From positions 181,600,001 to 181,664,000 of the forward strand of contig NC_086097.1 in assembly GCF_963921235.1 (NCBI RefSeq): a stretch of 64,000 bases of DNA, read 5' to 3'. Below the pieces are notes generated by a model that saw only the letters and a program-made list of their open reading frames with translations, was not told the origin of the DNA and did not search any database. The translations under genes and the position numbers were made by a program. Below, one piece after another: positions 51,609 to 64,000 of the stretch (position 1 is its first letter; each line of letters begins with the position of its first letter). This stretch comes from Mobula hypostoma. Its lineage: Eukaryota.

Positions 51609-53038
51609 GAAGAAAGCCCCCTTTAGATCTCTTCTAAATCTCTTCCCCTTTATCCTACATCTATGCCCTCTAGTTTATCTACCTCTGATACAGGATAAAG
51701 TTTCCTGTAGTCTGCCCTATTTTCTTCATAATTTTATTGACCATAATCATGTCCCCCTCTAACCTCCTCTGCTTTAGGGAGAACAGAGCGAACCTCTCTG
51801 GTCTGTCCTCAGAACGGAACTGCTCCATCCAGATGAGAAGGAAAATTCCCAAGTAATTTGCAAATAAAACAAGAACCAAAGGAAGAGCAGTGCCACGAGG
51901 GAACAAATGTGCAAGCTGTTTGCACTTTGGGAAGATGTGTAAGGAAGGATGCACAGAGAGAATCAGAGATCTTAGTATCATAAGGCAGAGAAACTGGTCC
52001 TTTCACTCCCTCTCCTGACTGACCACAACTTCTATCCATACTAATTTCATTTACCTTCATTGGGCTCACAACTCTCTACTCCATTCCTCTCCAAACACCT
52101 GCAAAAATTTGCTTAAATGTTGAATCTGCCTCTAACCCCCGGTAGCTCATTCCAGATAACCACCAACCCTCTGTGTGAAAAACACAATGGGCTCTAGAGA
52201 GTATTGAGGGACAGAGGGACCTCAGTGTAAAGTCCAAAGATCCCTCAAGGCAGCAGCACAGGTAGATAGGGTGGTGAAAGTGGTGTATAAGATTCTTGCT
52301 TCATTCACTGGGACAGGGAATACAAGACCAGGGAAGATGTACGTCAACTGTAGAAAACACTTGGCTGGGCTACAGCAGCAAGATTGTGCACAGTTCCAGT
52401 TGCCACAGTGTTTCAGCTATGAGGAGATAGTGGAGAGATGGGATTTATTTTCCTTGGTAAGGAAAAAGCTGAAAGGCTCCTGACAGAGACATACAAAATT
52501 ATAAGATGAGTAGATGGAGTAAACAGCAGTAATTTCCCCCACATCTGAGATGTCCAAGACCAGACAGCGCACACAGACTTTAAGATAAAGTAGGTTGTTT
52601 ACAGAACAGAGGAAGAATCTCTCTGTTTTGACCTGACAGGTTACAATCTGAAACACACAGCCTGAAGGGGTGATGGAGGCAGAGGCTCTTAAAATCTGAG
52701 ATGTATCTTGACAAAGACTTGAAATGCTGAGGCACAGAAGGCGACAGGCCAAGTGCTGGGGAACAGGATTAGTGAAGATGGCCAGTGAGGCTGCGTGGGT
52801 AAAAGGACCAGTCTCTGTCCTCTGTGACAGTGCGAGAAGGGAAATGAGCCATGAGAAATCCATACTACTCTCAATAGTGGGATTAGTCCAGGATCAATAT
52901 GGATGGAGCAGGGGAGCAGGATTCATTTGGTATTACTTCCAAAAAAAAAGAGCCAGCACAGCTATGATAGGCCAAATGTCCTCCTCCTGTGCCAAAAATC
53001 TCTGCAGCTCAAAGGCTTCATGAAGTGATGCACCATAC

Positions 53039-53153
53039 CTGCAAAACGGTATATCCTAGTAAGCGCAGGTGTCGATCCCGCATTGCCCGAGATCCCACCA
53101 GCACGTCCGAGTTGTGGCAGTAATGCCATTTGTCATTCACCGACATCACAATC
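53039..53153 (-). CDS. FASTK: FASTK penultimate exon, RAP domain ((R)IVMSVNDKWHYCHNSDVLVGSRAMRDRHLRLLGYTVLQ)
   Basis: CCCACAG acceptor, GTATGG donor, 115 bp; matches the FASTK motif WHFC...LGSRALRERHL.LMGY. Confidence 0.95.
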
Positions 53154-55146
53154 CTGTGGGGAGGTGTGAAGGAGCAGTCCGTTACTGGAAATGTATGAAC
53201 CTAACCGCCAGACTGGCCCAGAAAGCTCAAATCTTCTACCACTTATCCCCCAGGGTCTACAAGCCAAAGCTGCTATCACAAAGCCCAGCATCTTGTATCA
53301 CAGACCAGACAGGTATTGACACAGATACAAAAAGCTTGTGCTCTTTTTCCTCCTTCAATTCGTTACATTTTATATATCGGATGGCCATTCATCTATCACC
53401 ACTGTGCTGGCTCTTTGAAAGGTCTATGCCCTTGATTCCAGTACTCTTCGATCCCCCTCTTAGCTCAATGTAGGCACTGAAGGTACCAGGAAAACTAAAA
53501 GGCAAGCAGAAAACCTGTCTGCATAGGTCCCCATCTATCAAATTATCATGGTATTAGAAAAATGGCAAAAAGTTTATTCAAAAAAATCATCACAAAACTG
53601 GAATTATTTATAATTCATCAGCATAAAAATTAGTTAGATCCATCTTAGTGAATTATTTGCAATTCAAGTGATATGCAAACGTAGGGCACTGGATGCAAAA
53701 GAACTGGATTTCCAAGAATCTTTTAATAAGTAACTGCACTATACATTCAAGGCCATGGTCAGGGCATGTGAAGTTAGGGGACAGGCAGTAGAAGACAGAG
53801 CAAAGTGGCCTTAAATGAAGAAATAACAACAATTATCAGAGTGGGAAGTGATATTCCACAGGTTTCAAAGCAAAGATCACAGTTGCTTAGTTGTGGGAAC
53901 TAAGGAAAAATCCAGCAAGGAATTTTGGGGGAGAAAATTTCTTTCTCCAGAGAGTAAACACCTCAGTACCACAAATGGTGGACACAGTTATAGGGCTTGT
54001 ACCACAACAGTACTGGCATATTTATGGGCAGTTAAATAAATATCTGACAGTGTAAGAGCACAGGAGCACAAGTAGGCCATTCAGCCCCTTAAACCTGCTC
54101 TGCTATTCAAAAGGATGATGACTGATCCTCTTCACCATTTCCCTGCTCTATCCCTCACTCATCTAATATCCAGGAATTTATACATCTGTTTTAAATGCAA
54201 TCAATGAGCAGCCCTCCACAGCACTTTGAGATAGTTAATTCCAAAGATTCCACAACCTGAGTGAGGGTCCCTCTCCTAATTTCAGTACTATAACTTACCC
54301 CTCTCTCATCTGCGAACTAACAGCTCCCAGTTCCAGACTCCTGTCAGGGAAACAGCCTCTCTGCATTTATACTGTTGAGCCTCTAAGAACTTTGCATGAC
54401 TCAGTGAAGTCACTCTAATTCTCTTGAACTCTCAATACTAAAACTCTAGCCTACAGTCACTCCTCATGGGACACCCTGCCATCACAGCCTTGTGAGTTTT
54501 CACTGAAGTCCTTCCACAGTATGTATCTCTCTTTTCAGCACCCACTCAGGTGAGGTCTAATCAGGGCCCCATGTATTTGTAGCAAGAAATCTTTACTCAG
54601 ATCCTCTTGCAATAAAGAGTTAGATTTATTGAATAGAAAATCATAGGAAGAGGCCATCACAACCATTAGATGTGATGCTTCTTCCAAAAAGGCAGGGGGA
54701 CTGGTAACTGTTTACAAAGTGAGATATTGCAATCAGTTTGTGAAAGTGAATTTGGAAGGAATGGTTCAGAATGGAAACACATATTACGATTACTTTCTTC
54801 AAAATGACAGACCTATAGAATTGTCTTCTTAATCTTCTCTGCCCCAAAGAACAACCACCCCAACCTGCTGCCCGTCCTGGAGCTGACTCTCCTCATCACA
54901 GTGAGTTCTCCTCTGCACCCTTCACAAAGCCTTGCCACTCTTCCAAATCCCAGATCTGTACAGGATACTGGAGCAGGGATCTGACCCGAGATTCATGATA
55001 CTTACAGAAATATATTTGGTGTAGAACTTTAAGCCTCTTCTGATAAAAGTCCAGGACCCCATATGCCATTGTAACTGTTATGATATCTTTAAATGTTCAG
55101 TAAGAACAGCATTGTCACGCGGTTAGTACAGATCCCATGTATTTAC

Positions 55147-55864
55147 CTGTTCACTTGATCGTTGTCCCGGCACCTCTCTTTGTCAGTCAGCAGTGGGCTG
55201 GAGAGTTGTAGGGATGGAGGCACTGGACTCACGAGCTCCCCCTGTACCACCCTGCTCTGGCTCTCAGGATAGTGGTGGCTGTCATAGAAACTTGGAGCAG
55301 ACTGCTCTGCTCTGAAGAGATTGTGCTCTTGGCTCTGGGGAGCTGTCTCTGTGTCCTCATTCAGGATCTTTCCGATGGGGAACTGGAAGAGGGAACTGGA
55401 GTTCATGACAGGCGAGCAACCTGTGGTATTAGGCGCCTGGTTCAAGCAATCAGAAGGGCTGCTAAGTGTGGAACTCTCCTGACTCTCAAGCGACTGCTCC
55501 TTAGTCAGGCTGTTGTAGTAGTTTGAAGGTGAGTAGTAAGTGTACTCCATTGTGGAGCCTGTTAAGATGGAGGCTGCATCGGAAGATCCACCACTCCCTG
55601 GGGGCCGAGAGCGACTGAGAAAATCCACTTCAACTGCACAATCGCCATCTCTCTTCTCCTTGGGCGTCACATCATTGTGACAAAAAGGCGAGAACTTCTG
55701 GAAGTCAGAGGTCAGGGAGGAGATGTCGGGCTGAGTGTGGAGGACACTGGGCTTCTCGGTGCCTTTTGTACTTGGGATGGAGGGGCAGAGAGGAGTGCCA
55801 GCACTGGGAGTAGTCCCATTAATATGAAGGACAGTACCAGACTCATTTATCCACAGCAAGAAGT
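55147..55864 (-). CDS. FASTK: FASTK internal exon, 718 bp (DFLLWINESGTVLHI...DNDQVNR)
   Basis: TTTCATTGCAG acceptor, GTAAAT donor, stop-free for 238 codons; ends in phase 2 and joins the next exon to form Arg; start matches FASTK DFLL....SG.VL. Confidence 0.9.
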
Positions 55865-56931
55865 CTGCAATGAAACAAAAAGGAACAGATAATCGTATGT
55901 CCTTCAGTCAGGTGAAATAATATACTTACACATACACCTGACAAGTACAGGTTAAAACAGGGAGAAAAGGCTGAAATGTTTTAGCGAGCATATAACTTTT
56001 GTCCCCACGTACAAGGCTCTCCCTTGGGTCTATGCTAAGAAGTTACATTAACAGGTGCGCAGATGGAAGTTAAAGTTACAGGAAACAAGAGGATCTGCTG
56101 CTGGATTGAAAGTGCAGACACTGACAGATTCATTCTTGCCTAGGAAATGTATAATCTGGTAATCTGGGACACAAAGAAAATCACCACAAAACCTGCTGGA
56201 TAGTTTGTTTTTTTTAAAAAAAGCAGCTGTTTCACTGATATTCTTCAGGGTAGAAAACCTCGCCTGGCTGCAAGAACATCAATGTGTTTACAACCTCTCA
56301 TGACGGGCAATAACATGGGCCCTTGATGATGTCACCCAACAGTAAAATCACATCCTCAAATTCAGGATGTAGAATATAAAAACAGTACAGCTCAGGAACA
56401 GGCTATCCAGCCCACAATGTTGTGCCGAATCAAACATCCTTACTGCCTACAAAATATCTATATACTTCCATTTCCTGCATTACCCACATGCCTATCTAAG
56501 ATCCTCTTGAATACCTCCAAGCGATAAAACTTACCCCACACATCTCCTTTGAACTTACCGTCCTCACATTAAAAGCATGCCCTGTGGTATTAAACATCCA
56601 GCCTTCAGGAAACAAGCTACTTTCTGGTACCAGAATCCATAATAAATTACAATAGATCACCGATGCCCCACAGAACTTAGTGTAGGAGTCCTGGAACACC
56701 TGCTCAGATGGATAGTGCAGGGGCAGATGAATGGTGGCCGTGAATTTGTCTCAAAGGTCTGGTTTAACCAGCTTTGTGGGACAGGAAATCACTCTTTCAG
56801 CACAATGGACTGAATGCTCAGCAGTTAGCACTGCAAGATAATCAAACCCCAAAATTGCAGCCCACATAACAGTGATGCACAGCTGGATGCACCCCTTTCA
56901 GACAGGATGGAAAACTAAAGCCCAGCTCTCT

Positions 56932-59900
56932 CTCTCCATCTTGTTTTACGGCGGTTGGCACCCAGCTTAATGGTGCGTGACCGCCACCTTCTGCTCTGGA
57001 GTGTGCGATAGCCGTACATTCTAAATCCCTTCACCCAATCACACACCCACACATACCCTAACCTACACTTTATCCTGCCACCTTTGGCCATCCTAGTACC
57101 CTATTCCTGTTTATCCGTCATATCCTATATAAAAAAAAACCCTGTACTCCTTAAGAAAGCTAAAAATACCCTAACCTGTGCTCTCTCATCCATGCCCAGC
57201 AATCCTTTTAATATGAATTCCTGCACCCCCAATTCCCTTAGATTAACTCTCATCATCTCTCTCTGTATCCCATACTTCCTGCAACTCAGAACCACATGTT
57301 CTACTGACTCCTCTTCCTGACATAGCTCACACAATCCTGTCTGGTGTTTCCCTATCATTTTCAATGTTTTGTTTAATGCACAGTGCCCCAGCCTTAACCT
57401 AGTCCACACAGTCTCCTCTCTCCTGTATCCACTACCTACCCTAGTACCTGCAACACTTTTTTGTATTTGATATAAATGCCTCCCTTTCCCCTCCCTGTCC
57501 CATCTTTCTTGCCACATTTGATTGATTTTTTTTCCCAGATTACGCACTTAACCTCTGCTTTACTGATACTAATGTGCATTTCTATATTTTCTTTAACGCC
57601 CTCTTTGCCAACTCATCCACCCTCTCATTCCCCTTCACCCCTACATGTGCTGGAACCCATAGAAATTTTACCTGACCTCCCTGATTTGCAATTCTTGTGA
57701 CTAACTGAAGGACTTCATAAAGTACATCTTGCCGACTGTTTGAGTGAAAAGACCTTAAACTTGCTAGAACTGAGGGTGAATCTGAGCACATCAATGCTTT
57801 GACTTGTCTAGCTTTCTCTACCCATTGCAACGCAACCAACACTGCCAGCATCTCCACTGTATACACCCCTAACTTATTAGATGTTCTTCTGCTGATTCCA
57901 ATTTCTTTTGCTGGTATAGCTACCCCAAACCCTGTCACTCCTGTTTCAGGTTCCTTAGCACCATCCGTATAAATCTGAGTATAATCACCATACTTTTCCA
58001 TCATATGACAGTTAAATGCACTTACCAAATCAGTTTTATATTTTCCTTTCCTTTTTACCTCAAACAAATTCCAGTCTATGTCAGGCCATACAAGCTTCCA
58101 TGGAGCTACAACCGGATAAACTACTGAAGGACTTATCCTTAGATCAAACACTCCACATTCTTTAGCAATATCATTCCCTACTCGACTAAAGTTACCCCTC
58201 TGAAACCTCCCATTTTCCCAGCACTCCTGCAACACTCCTTTAGCAGGGTGAGAATCTTTGTGCCCCTGCAAATTAGCCTAGTAGTTTGCCATCAATTGCA
58301 TCCTTCTTAGTTCCAAAGGCATTACTCCCATTTCTACCTGTAGGGCTGACACTGGTGATGTTTTAAAAGCCCCAATGCACACTCTCAAAGCCTGAGCCTG
58401 AATCACATCCAGTTTCCCTGTAAGAGACCAAGCTGCTAATCCATATGCTATATTTCCATAGTCCAACACAGATCTTACTAAAGCCACATACATTCTCTTC
58501 AACACTGAACAACTTGCTCCCCATTCCCTACCAGTCAAACATCTCATCACACTTATTACTTCTTTACATTTCTCCTCAACTTTCCTGATATGGTCAGCCC
58601 ATGTTAATTGTGAATCAAATATTACTCCCAGAAATTTAAATGATCCAACCCTTTCTAATTCAATCCTTTACATCCTTAACTTCTTCCCTACCTCAATTCT
58701 TTTCCTGGTGAAAAATACAGTTTTGAGTTTTTTCTACTGAAAATCTACATCCCCAATCATAACTCCACTCCACCGCTTCATCAATTGCTCCTTGTAGTCT
58801 CCTGATTACGTGCTCCATGTTCCTGCCTCTTTTCCACAAGGCCCCATCATCTGCAAACAGTGACCTACCTATATCCACTGGTACCTTTGTGAAGACATCA
58901 CTGATCGTATGATGAAAAGTAACGGGCTAATCACACTACCTTGAGGTGTGCCATTTTCCACTATGTACTGTTCTGATAATTCTGATCCAATCCGAACTTG
59001 AATTTTTCTACCAAGCAAAAAATCTTTAATCCAATTAAAAACTCACCCACCAACCCCTATCTTGTGCAGTTTAATTAATAATCCTTCCTTCCACATCATA
59101 TCATAGGCTTTTTCAATGTCAAAGAACACTGCCACTACTGACTCTCTATTTGCCTGGGCCTTCCTTATTTCAGTCTCTAACCTTATCACTGAGTCCATGG
59201 AATTCCTTCCCTTCCTAAAACCACTCTGATAACTTGCCAGCATTCCCCTCTTCTCATGCTCATACGATAACCTTTCTGTTATCATCCTTTCCATTATCTT
59301 ACATATATTTGATGTTAATGCTATTGGTCTGTACCTGTTGGGTTTTGATGGATCCTTGCCAGGTTTCCTTATTGGAATTACTACCGCTTCTTTCCATACA
59401 CTTGGTAATCTTCCCTCCTCCCACACTCTGTTATAAAAATGCAGCAACTTCAAGAGCACTCCTTCTCCTAGATTTTTTAGCATAACATAGCTTACCAGAT
59501 CTTTTCCTGGGGAGGTTGGTCTCAATCTCTTTATTGCTCTCACCATTTCTGCCAACGTAAATGGATCATCAATTATATCATCTGTTTCTTTCCTCCTGTT
59601 TCACACACCTGGGTGTTGACTCATTGTTCTTTCCCTTCTCCCTTTTTCAGACAAATTTTCTGAACTGTGTATCCCTACAAATGACTTGGCCATGATCTCA
59701 GCCTTACCCCTACTGGAAACAGCTGTTTCCTCCTCAGATATCATTACTGGATATTCCCATTCCCCATACCTCTCCCACAGGTGTTGTTCTTCCTATTTTG
59801 TTGCAAAAACCCCTCCAACTTGCCCTTTTAGCTTGACGTATAGTTCTTCTCACCACTGCCTGTGCCTTCTTATATTGAACCAAATGCTGCATATTATGGG

Positions 59901-61034
59901 TTCTTCTAACTAGCCTGAATGCTCCATTTTACAGCCTGACGACATTCCTCTGTCCACCATGGTACCAGTTTTCTATTCATCCTATTTTTACTCCTGGGTA
60001 TAGATCCTTCTGCTGCCATAATAATTGCTGAAGTCACTTAACTGTTTAATTCATCTATATTTCCAGAAATGTCAATCTTTGTCAATGCTTCTTCACTCAA
60101 CTTCTGGAACTTACCCCAATCTGCTTTTCCAAACACCCACTTTGGGATTCCACCACCTGATCTTACTTCAACTCTTACACCCACTGAACATAAAACTGGG
60201 TAGTGATCACTGCCTACTGTCGCAGTCCAAACTCCCCAGTTACTAACGCCAGTCAAAGTATTAGACACTAAAGTAATATCTAACACTGACTTAATTCCTG
60301 TTATGTCTATCCTTGTTCCTCTACCATCATTCATACACACCAAATCCCTTTCTTCCATCAAATCTTCAATTACCTTTCCATTTGAATCTGTAATCGGATC
60401 CTCCCATATTGTGCTGTGAGCATTGAAATCTGCATACCACACTACTTTATGTCTGTTTAGTTCTTGTATCCTTAATAGGCTGTCCAAATCCAACCCTTTA
60501 CATGGATTGTAGTAGTTAATTATAACCACTCCCTCCCCTCTCTCCCACACTTCCACCACTATGCATTCCTGATCATCTCCTTTTTCCAGTACCCTATATG
60601 GTATACCTTGCTTGACTAACATAGCACAACCCCCTCTTTCCCCTAGATTTCTATTTTCCTTATCATTGTATACCCATGTACCACAAAGTCTAAAGTTGGT
60701 TTCAACCAAGTTTCCTGAATACACACTACATCCAGTTTTACAACCATTTCTTTTATAAAGTGCTTGAATTCCTGGCTATTGGCCAGTAAGCTCCTTGCAT
60801 TCCATTGCAAAAGAATCACCATAATTAGTATTAACCAACCCATGACACTTCCTGGCTTGACTGATTACTGAGGTTCTCCCTCACTTCTTCCCATGTCAGT
60901 CCTACTAACCCTAAATGGTTTACTGCTGCTTTGACCACCAGCTGAATGTTGTCACTTTTTGACTTTACCTCAGCCGTACTATTAATCACTCCTGCAATGA
61001 ATGTTACTAGAGCCTTTTTGTCTGCATAATTCCT
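56932..61034 (-). mobile_element. 5'-truncated I-group (Nimb-like) LINE: ORF1 end plus ORF2 endonuclease-RT-RNase H
   Basis: LQWNARSL...CIQETWL, GSDHYPV, YRPIALTS, FFDIEKAYD, LFADDGALW, RNase H YTDGAK...WVPAHVGVKGNERVD, C-terminal C..C...ESVEHVVLSC; 12-bp TSD GCCCAGCTCTCT at 56920-56931 and 61035-61046. Confidence 0.92.
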
Positions 61035-62089
61035 GCCCAGCTCTCTATTCAGCTGAATACCAGTGAGGCTTACAGCATACCCAGACAACTTCCTCCAGTA
61101 TCCTGACTGTTATTTTTATTGGTCCCAACACTATTCCTTATCCTGGTGAACCTAACCATTTGCAACTTGACAGCACATCTACCTCAAGATGAATTTTTAA
61201 ACAGGCATCGCCTACATCAAAAGGGTGGTCTGCTTCCAGCACTGGTAACAGGACTTTCCTCTGATCTTGTCTCAGCTCACCTGGAGATACTTGCTAACAG
61301 ACTGACAAAGGTGTTGGCAAAGCCGGTACTTAACGTCTATCCCCATTTACCCTTGAGGCAGTGATAGTAAGAAAGGGTAGCAAACAGATTCTGTTGACCT
61401 TGCCAGTGACACACTCAACTTGTTAAAACAGAAGTTCCACTCCTGAAGTTCTGAGCTGTACCTTTGTTGATTCCAGACTCCATTCCAATCCCAATGCTCG
61501 TCTGCCCAGACTTTCACCTTTCACTTCCCAAAACAAAACTCATCCAAGTCCCTGCTGACTGGAATTTCAACTCGAATGGAGCTCGACTGGACTGTAACCT
61601 AGGAGGTCACTGAGGTTACAGAGGTTAATTATACAGAATTATACTTATACAGAAGTTAACTCAAGTTTTAATTTTAAGATTATTGTCAACTGTCCTGTAT
61701 CTGAATAACAATAACACTAATGTGATACAAGGTGCTGAAAGATGCTGTCTGTATTTGGTTGGTGCTGTAATGGGCAGCAGGCAGAGAGTTCCTGCTTTGA
61801 GGGAACTCTGGAGGGATACTGGAGAGCCGAGGCTCCATCTTTAATCCATGCTGATAACCTCTTGTTCTGTTAGTCACTTGTGATGCTTTAGATGGACATG
61901 CTGTGCAATATAATAACTCGCACAATCTCTGTACAGCATTGGGACATCTGCTTCTAACTTCCTCAAACAAGTCACACTTCAAAGTGTATGCAAACAAGAT
62001 GAAGGTGGAAGTTACTGGTCACCCAGGAAAGGCCCTGGCGAGGGAGTTAGAAGAGCTTGCTCTCCTCAACTTCGAAAAGCAACCTAATG

Positions 62090-62345
62090 TGTTCTACAGC
62101 CAATTCAATACCTCTGAAGTTTAGTCACTGTGGTAATATAGAAAACTGGCAGCCAACTTATACATGGCATGATCTCAGAAAATGACAGGTAACCTGATAT
62201 TTCAGCCTGGCGCCATTGGAAGGATGAATTCTGGGAACATTGTCTATTCAGCTTTTCTACACTCTGCCAAGAAAAACTCCACATTTGCTGAGATGAGGCT
62301 TTGCCTCATCCTGCAGGCAAAGGCATTGGCACTGTCCTTCAGCAC
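62090..62345 (-). mobile_element. Ancient DeuSINE (SacSINE1-like) remnant
   Basis: TACAGCCAAT...TGAAGTTTAGTCACTGTGGTAAT...GGCAGCCAA pattern recognised as an antisense Deu-domain SINE; highly diverged. Confidence 0.55.
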
Positions 62346-64000
62346 CATAAGACATGGAAACAGAATTAGGCCATCTGGCCCATTGAGTCTGCTCTGCTTG
62401 AGTCTCCATCATGGCTGATTTATTATCCCACTCAATCCCATTTTCCTGCCTTCTCCCCATAACCTCTGACATTCTGACTAATCAAAAAACTATCAACTTC
62501 CACCTTAAATACATTCAATGATTTGCCCTCCACTGCCACCTGTGGCAATGAATTCCACTGATTCACTACCCTCTAGCTAAAGAAATTCCTCCTCCTAATA
62601 GACATCCTTCTATTCTATGGCTGTGCCCTCTAGTTCTAGATTTACTCACTATAGGAAACATCCACCCCACATCCATTCAATCCAGGCCTTTCAATATTTG
62701 ACAGGCTTCAATGAGCTCTCCCTCATTCTTCTAAAATACAGTGAGCACAGGCCGAGAGCCATCTAACACTCCTCATACCTTTCATTCCCACAAACATTCT
62801 CATGAGCTTCCTCTGACACTCTCCAATGCCAGCTCATCTTTTCCTGGATAAGGGGCCCAAAACTGCTCATAATACTCCCAAGTATTATACTCCAAATGCC
62901 TTGTAAAGCCTTAGCATTACACCTTTGCTCTTATATTCTAATCCTCTCCAAATGAATGCTTACGTTGCATTTCCTTCTTCACTACCGACTCAACCTGCAA
63001 GTTAATGTTTCGGGAATCCTGCACAAGGACTCCCAAATCCCTTTGCAGCTCTGATTTTTGAATTTTCTCCCTGCTTGGAAAATATTTTGTGCCTTTATTC
63101 CTTCTACCAACCTGCATGACCATATATTTCTCTACACTACATTCCATAATTCTTTGTCCATTTGCCCAGTTTAAGAACTTCGGCAGAGTCCCAGCTTCCC
63201 TAACACAACCTATCCCTCCACCTAACTTCATATCATATGCAAACTCGGCCATAAAGCCATCAATTCTTCATCCAAATTATTGTCAACTAATGTGAAAAGA
63301 AGCAGTCCCAACACTGACCCCTGCCTTCCTCCCTTCTTAGAGTGGAGTGACATTTACAATTTTCCAGTCTTCCAGACCATGCAGAAACTAGTGATTCTTG
63401 AAAGATCATTATCAATGTCTCCACAATCTCTTTAGCTACCTCTTTCACGATCCTATCTTCAGATCTTGCACATTCCCAAGCACATTCTCCGTAGTAATAG
63501 AAACTACATTCACTTCTGCCCGACATTCCTGAATTTCTCGTAACACACAAAAAATGCTGGTGGAATGCAGCAGGCCAGGCAGCATCTCAAGGGAGAGGTA
63601 CAGTCGATGTTTCGGGCCAAGACCCTTCATCAGGACTAACTGAAAGAAGTAAGAGATTTGAAAGTAGGAGGGGGAGGGGGAGATCCGATATGATAGAAGA
63701 AGACAGGAGGGGAGGGGTGGATCTAAGAGCTGGAAAGTTGATTGGCAAAAGGGATACCAGACTGGAGAAGGGAGAGGATCATGCAACAGGAGGCCTGGGG
63801 AGTAAGAGAAGGGGGGGAGGGGAGCCCAGAGGGTGGAGAGCAGGCAAACAGTTATAGTGAGAGGGACAGAGGGATTAAAAAGAGAGAGAGAAAAAAATAC
63901 ATATTAAATAAATAAATAAGGTGTGTGTTTGTGTCTTCCACAGCTAAGACTAACCTAAAATACATATTAAGTTTGTCCGCCATTCCTTTGCCTCCCATCA
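62346..64000 (-). mobile_element. Degraded CR1 LINE, interrupted by a Penelope fragment at ~63541-63900
   Basis: LQRDLGVLVQDS and KEVAKEIVETLIMIFQES motifs; CR1 3' UTR at 62346-62460. Confidence 0.8.
63602..63637 (-). ncRNA. Minimal type I hammerhead ribozyme motif in a Penelope-like terminus
   Basis: - strand AGTC-CTGATGA-A-GGGTC TT GGCCC-GAAAC-ATC-GACT: core motifs, stem II and stem I (AGTC/GACT) present. Confidence 0.65.

Noticed and set aside
53069..53473. 134-aa + strand ORF
   Set aside because: Overlaps the FASTK RAP exon in antisense and has no recognisable motif.
57582..58271. Stand-alone host RNase H gene
   Set aside because: Collinear with RT and endonuclease inside a TSD-bounded LINE.
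56000..64000. Additional upstream FASTK exons (e.g. ORFs 61119-61364, 61686-61997)
   Set aside because: No FASTK-like motifs or suitable phase-1 donor found by eye; upstream exons probably lie beyond the window.

Overview
Vertebrate genomic DNA. The repeat repertoire suggests a cartilaginous fish, possibly a ray (inference). Most of the window is decayed, nested transposons: CR1 LINEs (dominant), Rex1/Babar LINEs, an RTE LINE, an RNase H-encoding I/Nimb-type LINE, two Gypsy LTR elements, Penelope-like termini (one with a hammerhead ribozyme motif), hAT MITEs and several SINEs. Two host genes converge tail to tail. On the + strand are the last three coding exons of a UBTF/UBF-like gene with an acidic Ser-rich tail (7381-8449). 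On the - strand are the last three coding exons of FASTK, including the RAP domain (55864-40334). The most interesting results are that the UBTF-like gene looks like a second, whole-genome-duplication paralogue in the SLC4A2-FASTK-TMUB1 block, and that one FASTK exon carries a ~190-aa Ser/Pro-rich insertion relative to human. Most ORFs in the supplied track are transposon fragments or antisense shadows. I found no convincing wholly new biological system. Family names come from recognising motifs by eye, not from database searches.
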